Made by a program: the position numbers and the translations under genes. Below are positions 57,254 to 64,000 of a stretch of 64,000 bases of DNA, piece by piece. The notes beneath the pieces are model-generated. The model searched no databases. It worked only from the letters and a program-made list of their open reading frames with translations, and was not told the DNA's origin. This stretch comes from an uncultured Lewinella sp. (GTDB taxonomy: Bacteria > Bacteroidota > Bacteroidia > Chitinophagales > Saprospiraceae): positions 4,149 through 68,148 of the forward strand of contig CALEDI010000108.1 of assembly GCA_937949535.1 (NCBI GenBank), given 5' to 3'. The stretch's first letter is position 1. Every line of letters starts with the position of its first letter.

Positions 57254-57284
57254 AAAGCAGCAGGAAAAATCATCCTGCTGCTTT
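57254..57284 (-). terminator. Terminator after nusG
   Basis: AAAGCAGCAGGA...TCCTGCTGCTTT with T-run on the minus strand. Confidence 0.8.
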
Positions 57285-57300
57285 CTACGCTAGAAGAGGT

Positions 57301-57846
57301 CTAGCTTTGCTTTTCAACCTGCATAAAGTTGAGTTCAACCTCAGTTCCACGGCCAAAGATCTTGACAATGACTTTGAGTTTCTTTTTCTCTTCGTTCACC
57401 TCTTGGATGTCTCCGACGAATTCGTTGAACGGCCCATCGATGATCTTCACCGTTTCGCCTTCGATGAATGGCTCGATCATGGTATCACCAGCTTCGAGGC
57501 TTTCGTCTACCTTACCGAGCAATCGGTTGGCTTCAGAATCCCGCATCGGAATTGGCTCACTCTTACCGAGGAAGTGAATAACGTTGGGCAGCCCCGTAAT
57601 GGAATCAAGCACTTCGCCGTTGAGGGCGTAAGGATCAGCTTCTACCAAGATGTAACCCGGGAGGATGTTACGGTCGGAGATTACTTTCTTACCACCACGG
57701 ATTTTGTAAACCTTCTCGGTAGGTACGATGATCTTCATGACGTGGTTTTCCCAGCCATTGATCGCGATCTCTTTTTCGATCCGTTCCTTTATTTTTTTCT
57801 CTTTGCCACTAATGACGCGGAGAGAGTACCATTTAGTTACTGCCAT
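57301..57846 (-). CDS. nusG: Transcription factor NusG
   Basis: KWY...SGKE, PGYILVE, DGPF, KIFGR. Confidence 0.99.
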   Translation of the reverse strand: MAVTKWYSLRVISGKEKKIKERIEKEIAINGWENHVMKIIVPTEKVYKIRGGKKVISDRNILPGYILVEADPYALNGEVLDSITGLPNVIHFLGKSEPIPMRDSEANRLLGKVDESLEAGDTMIEPFIEGETVKIIDGPFNEFVGDIQEVNEEKKKLKVIVKIFGRGTEVELNFMQVEKQS

Positions 57847-57865
57847 TGTATTTGTCGGTTAAAAC

Positions 57866-58054
57866 CTAGAGGTTGTAAATGAAGTCTACAAGGTTTTTCC
57901 AGACGAAATCCATAGCCATGATCGTGAAGGCGAAGATCGCGGACCCGATAAGAACCAGAATGGTGTTGGTCTGCAAGGTTGAGTAGCTAGGCCAGGTTAC
58001 GTTATGTACCAGTTCATTGTAGCTTTCCCGCAGGTATAGTCCTATTTTGTCCAT
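57866..58054 (-). CDS. secE: Preprotein translocase SecE
   Basis: ESYNELVHNVTWPS plus a single TM; operon position. Confidence 0.95.
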   Translation of the reverse strand: MDKIGLYLRESYNELVHNVTWPSYSTLQTNTILVLIGSAIFAFTIMAMDFVWKNLVDFIYNL

Positions 58055-58139
58055 TGTTGAAATGATTGATGTAAAAGATTACTTTCAATAAGCGTGCCAA
58101 AGATTTCGGCTGCCTGTTTTGTCAATCTTTTATTCGTTG

Positions 58140-58212
58140 CACGGGCGGAGAGACTCGAACTCCCAGCCCCTGGTTTTGGAGACCAGTGCTCTACCAATTG
58201 AGCTACGCCCGT
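58140..58212 (-). tRNA. tRNA-Trp(CCA)
   Basis: Cloverleaf; anticodon arm CTGGT-CT-CCA-AA-ACCAG. Confidence 0.97.
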
Positions 58213-58256
58213 GTATGTTTTTTTTGGTTTTTAAACCTTGCATTCAAAGTTTGGGA

Positions 58257-58355
58257 CCCAGCCCCTGATTGCACTTCGTGGCTGCTGCGCGGTTGGAGAC
58301 CAGTGCTCTACCACCACGTAGTAGCCGCGTTAGCGAATTGAGCTACGCCCGTGTA
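58257..58355 (-). pseudogene. Partial tRNA-Trp duplicate (no T arm or 3' acceptor strand) with two ~23-25 nt insertions
   Basis: Three blocks identical to the real tRNA-Trp, separated by inserts at ~58268-58292 and ~58313-58335. Confidence 0.85.
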
Positions 58356-58360
58356 AGAAA

Positions 58361-58400
58361 GTGAAAGTTAAGCACCCAAAAGAGGGTACCTAACTTTCAC
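58361..58400 (-). terminator. Hairpin after tuf
   Basis: GTGAAAGTTA...TAACTTTCAC. Confidence 0.7.
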
Positions 58401-58447
58401 GATCGGTAAGGAATCAAGAAGCCCAGATGGGCGTCAGGATTTTACTT

Positions 58448-59641
58448 TTACTCGATGATTTCAGTCACCTGACCAGCACCTACGGTACGGCCACCTTCGC
58501 GGATGGCGAAGCGGAGACCTTTCTCCATTGCGATTTCAGCGAGGAGGGTAACTTCGAGGGATACGTTATCACCAGGCATTACCATTTCCACGTTTTCAGG
58601 AAGCTTCACGTCACCAGTTACGTCCGTAGTACGGAAGTAGAACTGAGGGCGGTAGCCGTTGAAGAATGGCGTGTGACGGCCACCTTCGTCCTTAGAGAGA
58701 ACGTATACCTCACACTTGAACTTAGTGTGTGGCTTTACGGAACCAGGCTTACAGATAACCATACCGCGCTTGATTGCGGTCTTTTCGATACCACGGAGAA
58801 GCATACCGGCGTTATCACCAGCTTCACCACGTTCGAGGATCTTACGGAACATCTCTACACCAGTGATGGTAGAAGTCAGCTTAGCGCCTGGCTCCTGCAT
58901 ACCGATGATCTCAACGGGGTCACCAGTATTGATAACACCACGCTCGATACGGCCTGTAGCAACAGTACCACGGCCAGTGATAGAGAATACATCCTCAATA
59001 GGCATGAGGAAAGGAAGGTCAACCAAACGCTCTGGCTCAGGGATTTCTGCATCAACTGCAGCCATGAGTTCGAGGATTTGCTTTTCGCCGTCAGCGTCAC
59101 CTTCGAGGCCCTTAAGAGCAGAACCGATGATGATGCTGGCGTTGTCGCCGTCGTACTCGTAAGAAGAAAGAAGTTCACGAACTTCCATTTCTACAAGCTC
59201 GAGCATTTCTTCGTCATCAACAAGGTCAGCCTTGTTCATGAATACTACGATGTTAGGAACACCTACCTGACGAGCAAGGAGGATGTGCTCACGGGTCTGT
59301 GGCATAGGGCCATCAGTTGCAGCTACAACAAGGATAGCACCGTCCATCTGGGCAGCACCAGTTACCATGTTCTTTACGTAGTCAGCGTGGCCGGGGCAGT
59401 CAACGTGTGCGTAGTGACGGTTCTCGGTTTCGTACTCAACGTGAGCAGTGTTGATCGTGATACCACGCTCTTTTTCTTCAGGAGCGGAGTCGATGGAAGA
59501 GTAATCCTTCACTTCGCCGCCATTGGTCTTAGCGAGTACAGTAGTGATCGCAGCGGTCAACGTAGTCTTACCGTGGTCAACGTGACCGATGGTGCCGATG
59601 TTAACGTGCGGCTTTGTTCTTTGGAATGTTTCCTTAGCCAT
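58448..59641 (-). CDS. tuf: Elongation factor Tu
   Basis: [21 protein letters not shown]. Confidence 0.99.
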   Translation of the reverse strand: MAKETFQRTKPHVNIGTIGHVDHGKTTLTAAITTVLAKTNGGEVKDYSSIDSAPEEKERGITINTAHVEYETENRHYAHVDCPGHADYVKNMVTGAAQMDGAILVVAATDGPMPQTREHILLARQVGVPNIVVFMNKADLVDDEEMLELVEMEVRELLSSYEYDGDNASIIIGSALKGLEGDADGEKQILELMAAVDAEIPEPERLVDLPFLMPIEDVFSITGRGTVATGRIERGVINTGDPVEIIGMQEPGAKLTSTITGVEMFRKILERGEAGDNAGMLLRGIEKTAIKRGMVICKPGSVKPHTKFKCEVYVLSKDEGGRHTPFFNGYRPQFYFRTTDVTGDVKLPENVEMVMPGDNVSLEVTLLAEIAMEKGLRFAIREGGRTVGAGQVTEIIE

Positions 59642-59833
59642 TACTGGTAAGTATTTAGGGGATTAAAAAACTAGATTAGGACATAGGTGCGAACCGCACC
59701 CCGGCCGCCCCTTCTTCGGTAGAAACCCGAAGAGTTTGAATTCGTTGGCGATGCAGCACGGGCAAAACGAGAAATGACCGTGTTGGAAAAACACAGCCAT
59801 ACTGAACGCCGACACAAGTTCATCACGAACTTG

Positions 59834-59905
<72 letters not shown>

Positions 59906-59954
59906 AAATGGTGATTTCAAAAAGAAAAAGAACCACCGTTGTAGTTCTTTTTTT

Positions 59955-60030
59955 TGGAGCGGAAGACGAGGCTCGAACCCGCGACCCTCAGCTTGGAAGG
60001 CTGATGCTCTACCAACTGAGCTACTTCCGC
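59955..60030 (-). tRNA. tRNA-Gly(TCC), CCA encoded
   Basis: Cloverleaf; TCAGC-CT-TCC-AA-GCTGA. Confidence 0.97.
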
Positions 60031-60036
60031 GTTTAG

Positions 60037-60114
60037 AGTCAGATAGCCAAGCCGTCAAACAGCCTAATAGTATTGCTACTAATTTGATTGTTTGACTACC
60101 TGATTGTTTGACTC
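60037..60114. repeat. Inverted octamer arrays (AGTCAAAC/GTTTGACT family) between tRNA-Tyr and tRNA-Gly
   Basis: GAGTCAGATAG...GTCAAACAG vs TTGTTTGACT...TTGTTTGACTC. Confidence 0.6.
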
Positions 60115-60121
60115 AATGGTG

Positions 60122-60203
60122 TGGGGGTGGTAGGATTCGAACCTACTCAGCCGAAACATTGGATTTACAGTCCAACCTACCTCTCCAACTGTAGCGCACC
60201 CCC
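60122..60203 (-). tRNA. tRNA-Tyr(GTA), atypical D arm
   Basis: TTGGA-CT-GTA-AA-TCCAA; long variable region; GTAGG-TTCGAAT-CCTAC. Confidence 0.9.
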
Positions 60204-60262
60204 GGTGAAAATTTTTTCAAGATTACTTCCTGTAAACGACTCTGTTAAGTCGTTAAAAAGAG

Positions 60263-60336
60263 AGCCGATAGACGGATTCGAACCGCCGACCAGCTGATTA
60301 CAAATCAGCTGCTCTACCAGACTGAGCTATATCGGC
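60263..60336 (-). tRNA. tRNA-Thr(TGT)
   Basis: Cloverleaf; GCTGA-TT-TGT-AA-TCAGC. Confidence 0.97.
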
Positions 60337-60399
60337 TTAAAGTCGGTAATCTTGACCTATTTTTCAATGTTACTTCAGGGCATTTCCCGTAAGCGATTG

Positions 60400-60430
60400 C
60401 AAAGGTAATGTCTTTCCCACAATTCACAAA
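60400..60430 (-). promoter_or_regulatory. Promoter of the tRNA-tuf operon (TTTG-N19-TACCTTTG)
   Basis: Bacteroidota -33/-7 consensus. Confidence 0.75.
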
Positions 60431-60587
60431 CAGTCTAGGATATTTTTCTTTGAAATATTTCTCAAAGGGCCTAAAGTACTTGGCACAAGAGCAGGACAAA
60501 TCGCTTTGCGAGTGGTTAATGCGTTGGGAAGCCTTTAAAGTTGCAAGGTGTTCGGCATAAGTACTATTAAGTTTACCGGCTGGAGCA

Positions 60588-61496
60588 TCACTCCTCCTTA
60601 GGCCCTTGTCCTTCGGGGTGCGCTTGGCGGTAGACTTCTTGTAGGCGCTTGATGTTGTTGTGGGTGTACAACTGGGTTGCCGCCAAGTTGGCGTGGCCTA
60701 AGAGTTCCTTCACCGCATTGAGGTCTGCCCCTTCGCCGAGCAGGTGGGTAGCAAAGGTATGGCGCAATACGTGGGGGCTTTTCTTCTCCTCGGTGCTGAA
60801 TGCGCCGAGGTATTCCGAGACCTTATTATATACATACTTTGGGTAGAGGCGTTTTCCGCTGTCGGTTAGTAGTAGGGCGGGGCTTTCATCTTCTGGGAAA
60901 GTGGACGCTCGGAGGAGGCCATAGCACTCCAGCAACTCGGAAAGTTTGTGGCCGAAGGGTACAAGCCTTTGCTTTTTGCCCTTACCGGCTACTGATAGCC
61001 GGCGGTGGTTTAGGTCTGCATCCAATTGGTTTAAACCGATCAGTTCTGCACGGCGCAAGCCGCACTGGTAGAGGAGCGCAAGCAGGAGGTGATCTCGCAG
61101 CAAGCTAAAATCGGTATTCGTCAGGGGGTCAGGGAAGCCACCAAAAAGCCGTTTGATGTCTTTCTCGGCAACGGAAGTAGGCAGGCGACGCGACAGCTTT
61201 GGTGTAGGAATACGCAGGGTTGGGTTCTCCCGTTGCAGGCCCCTACTCTGCTGGTAGGCGTAAAAGGCTTTCAGGGAAGACAGCTTGCGGCGGATGCTGG
61301 AGGGGGCCAACTTATTGTTCATCAGGCTTGCCATCCAAGCCTTTACGTGCTCGCGGGTAACTGCGCCGGTGCTCACCAGGTCGTACTCCTCTTTACACCA
61401 AGCGGCAAACTGCTTAAGGTCGTTCGCGTAAGCAGCAACGGTGTGCTCGCTCAGGCGGCGCTGGTGGGTTAGGTGGTTCAGGAATTGCTGGTGCAT
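60588..61496 (-). CDS. xerC: Tyrosine recombinase XerC-like
   Basis: CGLRRAEL, GKGKKQR, SPHVLRHTFATHLL, LLGH..LAATQLYTH; start MHQQF. Confidence 0.9.
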   Translation of the reverse strand: MHQQFLNHLTHQRRLSEHTVAAYANDLKQFAAWCKEEYDLVSTGAVTREHVKAWMASLMNNKLAPSSIRRKLSSLKAFYAYQQSRGLQRENPTLRIPTPKLSRRLPTSVAEKDIKRLFGGFPDPLTNTDFSLLRDHLLLALLYQCGLRRAELIGLNQLDADLNHRRLSVAGKGKKQRLVPFGHKLSELLECYGLLRASTFPEDESPALLLTDSGKRLYPKYVYNKVSEYLGAFSTEEKKSPHVLRHTFATHLLGEGADLNAVKELLGHANLAATQLYTHNNIKRLQEVYRQAHPEGQGPKEE

Positions 61497-61569
61497 GGAT
61501 TTGGGCAGTTGTTTACGGAGAGCAGAAGAATCACTTACCTTGCGCGCTCTTACTCCAAAGTTACGAACT

Positions 61570-61992
61570 ATGCCTTCAGTAATCTCCTCAATGTTTGCCC
61601 TAACCTGCCCCCGCTGCCGCAGGGGCGAGCTGTTCCCCACCAGTTCTTTCGGTTTCGACAAACCCTTCATGCAGTACGAGCACTGCCCAAAATGCGGCAA
61701 CAACTACTTCCCCGAACCGGGTTTTTACTACGGCGCGATGTTCATCTCTTACATCGGCTCGGCTTTCTTCTGCCTAGGTTTCATCATGCTGCTGCACTGG
61801 GTTTTTGAGTGGTCTACGGCGAGCTCCTTCGCAGCTTTGCTGGTGGTAGCGGGGCTTGTTTTTGTGTGGTGGTTCCGCTTTTCGCGTTCGGTCTATTTTC
61901 ACCTCGTATCTAAATACGATCAGGAGATGACCAAGGCCGTTGATGCCGGAACGCTCAGCGTTCCCGAACCCAAGCCCACCAGCCAAAACTAA
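61570..61992 (+). CDS. DUF983-like zinc-finger membrane protein
   Basis: CPRCRRGELF, CPKCG, EPGFYYGAMFISY, 2 TM. Confidence 0.85.
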   Translation: MPSVISSMFALTCPRCRRGELFPTSSFGFDKPFMQYEHCPKCGNNYFPEPGFYYGAMFISYIGSAFFCLGFIMLLHWVFEWSTASSFAALLVVAGLVFVWWFRFSRSVYFHLVSKYDQEMTKAVDAGTLSVPEPKPTSQN

Positions 61993-62025
61993 GTGCTTGT
62001 TATTTTTACCCAAACCCAATGCGTC

Positions 62026-62430
62026 ATGGCTAAAAAGAAAAAACGCGATTTCTCCTCCAACGACATCGCCCCAGACAATCCCTTCGCCGCCCTAGCTGGC
62101 CTCGGGGCCAGCCTCCCCCCTCCCCCAGACAACCTCCCCGAACCGGAGGACGACGAAAACTCCAGTATAAATAAGGCCGAAAAAGCCCAAATGCCCCTCC
62201 GCATCCACCTTGACCGGAAGCACCGCCGGGGCAACGAAGCCACCATCATTACTGGCTTCACTGGCCCCGATGATGAGCTAAAAGCCCTCGGTAAACTCCT
62301 CAAAACCAAATGTGGCGTCGGTGGCTCCGCCAAGAACGGCGAAATCATCGTGCAGGGGAATAAGCGAGATCGCGTGCTCGAAATACTAAAAGACGAAGGG
62401 TTCAAAGGCGCAAAGAAAGCCGGGGGGTGA
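62026..62430 (+). CDS. SUI1/YciH-family translation initiation factor
   Basis: [24 protein letters not shown]. Confidence 0.93.
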   Translation: MAKKKKRDFSSNDIAPDNPFAALAGLGASLPPPPDNLPEPEDDENSSINKAEKAQMPLRIHLDRKHRRGNEATIITGFTGPDDELKALGKLLKTKCGVGGSAKNGEIIVQGNKRDRVLEILKDEGFKGAKKAGG

Positions 62431-62438
62431 TGTGGGCA

Positions 62439-62582
62439 CGGCCGAGACCTTCTAGGTCGAGTACGAAAGCCTTAAATCTCCAGTCGCTACGCGACACTCG
62501 ACCTGGAAGGTCTCGACCGGACAACACTCGCTCCCGAAGGGGTCTTGGTTTCCTTAACCCTCCCTGCACCTGCGGCCGCGCC
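62439..62582. repeat. Composite element: family-B inverted pair around GTCGCTACGCGAC, followed by a family-A copy
   Basis: GGCCGAGACCTTCTAGGTCGAGT / ACTCGACCTGGAAGGTCTCGACC; A at 62565-62582. Confidence 0.8.
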
Positions 62583-62636
62583 TGATGACGAAACGGGGGA
62601 GTAAAACCGATTTCGTAGAAGTTGGTACTTTGCACC

Positions 62637-64000
62637 ATGCAACGCTTCCTACTCCCCCTCCTCTTTTTCGTTCTTTCTCCTTTCCTTTCTGCGCAGTCGG
62701 ACACGGAAAAACTGGCCGCCGTGATGGAGGCTTATGCCGACTGGCAACCGCAGGACAACGGCCTAGCCTGGTCGGCCCCAGACGCGAAATCTGCGGCAGC
62801 AGAAGCCCAAGAACTACACGCGCTCAAAGGCCAAATACCCGCAGCGGCAGCCCTCTCGGCAGCTGACCGACTGAACCGCGACATCCTACTCCACATCATC
62901 GACGACGCCATTTTTAGCCGCGAGTTTGGGGCTTGGCAGTTTCCGCTCGATGCCGAAGGTGGTTTCTTGGCGGGCATCGTTTACCGCGTCATCGGGCAGC
63001 GGGTGAAGGGCGAAGAATCCATGCAGCGGTATTCGGAAATGATCGAGCAGATCAGCCCTTGGTTCGACCGCCAGATCGGGGCGATGCGCGCGGGCCTTGC
63101 GGCGGGCAAGACCGATCCGCGCCTCGTGGTCGAGAACTGCATCGCGCAGATCGATCGCCAGTTAGAGACCCCGATTGCGGAGAGTATTTTCCTGCAACCC
63201 GTGCAAAACGATACGGCGCGGGCGCAGGTGCTGGGCGAGCTGACGGAGCAAAGCGTCTACCCTGCTTACCGTCGCCTTCGGAAATTCTTGGCCGAAGAAT
63301 ACCTCCCCAAGCTCCGCCCCGGCATCGGTATCGCGGAGATCACCAACGGCAAAGCCTACTACCGCCAGCGCGTCCGCTACTTCACCACCGACAACGTGAC
63401 GCCCGAAGAAGTCTTCGCCACCGGCCAAGCCGAAGTAGCCCGCATCCGCGCCGAAATGGAAGCCATCATCACCAAAACCGGCTTTAAAGGCTCCTTCGCC
63501 GATTTCCTCCAGTTCCTCCGGACCGACGAGCAATTCTACCCCAAAAGCGCCGAAGAGCTCCTCAGCCGTGCCGCCTGGATCACCAAACGGATGGAAGGCA
63601 AACTGCCCCAATACTTCAACCGTTTGCCCCGGATGCCCCTCACCGTCAGCCCCGTCCCAGACGCCCTAGCCCCCAATTACACCACCGGCCGCTACAGCCC
63701 CGGCAGCTACCGCAACCGCCGCGCCGGGGCCTTCTGGGTCAATACCTACAACCTCCCAAGTAGGCCGTATTACGTGCTGCCCGCCTTGGCCCTCCACGAA
63801 GGCGTACCAGGCCACCACACCCAGATGATGCTTGCCGCCGAGATGGAAAACGTGCCCGCCTTCCGCCAAAACCTCTACCTCTCCGCCTTCGGCGAAGGCT
63901 GGGCACTCTACTGCGAGTACCTTGGCAAAGAAGCTGGCATCTACGAAACGGACTACGAGGAGTTCGGCCGCTTGGTCTACGAGATGTGGCGCGCCTGCCG
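62637..64000 (+). CDS. DUF885-family secreted metallopeptidase-like protein (truncated by the window end)
   Basis: Absent from the ORF track (no stop in window). MQRFLLPLLFFVLSPFLSAQ...LALHEGVPGHH...AFGEGWALYCE...MWRAC. Confidence 0.9.
   Translation, partial: MQRFLLPLLFFVLSPFLSAQSDTEKLAAVMEAYADWQPQDNGLAWSAPDAKSAAAEAQELHALKGQIPAAAALSAADRLNRDILLHIIDDAIFSREFGAWQFPLDAEGGFLAGIVYRVIGQRVKGEESMQRYSEMIEQISPWFDRQIGAMRAGLAAGKTDPRLVVENCIAQIDRQLETPIAESIFLQPVQNDTARAQVLGELTEQSVYPAYRRLRKFLAEEYLPKLRPGIGIAEITNGKAYYRQRVRYFTTDNVTPEEVFATGQAEVARIRAEMEAIITKTGFKGSFADFLQFLRTDEQFYPKSAEELLSRAAWITKRMEGKLPQYFNRLPRMPLTVSPVPDALAPNYTTGRYSPGSYRNRRAGAFWVNTYNLPSRPYYVLPALALHEGVPGHHTQMMLAAEMENVPAFRQNLYLSAFGEGWALYCEYLGKEAGIYETDYEEFGRLVYEMWRAC

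Overview
A 64-kb chromosomal window from a Bacteroidota bacterium. Evidence: TAnnTTTG/TTTG promoters, T9SS C-terminal domains and Bacteroidota gene order; the style suggests Saprospiraceae/Lewinella-like, which is an inference. Left to right: a >2,700-aa FG-GAP + HYR-repeat surface protein (truncated by the window edge), sugar porter, nucleoside hydrolase, ABC/M1-peptidase + LytS/LytTR module, CxxCH/HEAT protein, katG-oxyR, AlkB-like, MoxR, VanX-like, an ECF-FecR-TonB signalling cassette divergent from two tandem integrin-like T9SS proteins, SPFH, CvpA, an ATPase-nuclease gene, the core tRNA-tuf-secE-nusG-rplKAJL-rpoBC cluster, xerC, DUF983, SUI1 and DUF885. The most striking unexplained signal is a set of short dispersed repeats. 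(A) An ~18-nt motif TTGCACCTGCG(G/T)CCGCGCC has ~16 copies: inverted pairs in spacers, and in-frame copies in genes, where it supplies the 'LCTC(DR)A' cysteine at the signal-peptide junction of three unrelated exported proteins. (P) A 26-nt CTCCCCCTTTGGGGGYTGGGGGG element forms a tandem array after rpoC and is inserted in-frame into several adhesin repeats as 'PPLGAGG' loops. There is also a 415-bp nested palindrome with an apparent 'empty' version elsewhere, and a tRNA-Trp pseudocopy interrupted by two mutually inverted inserts. All calls are by eye from the sequence; no database searches were run.
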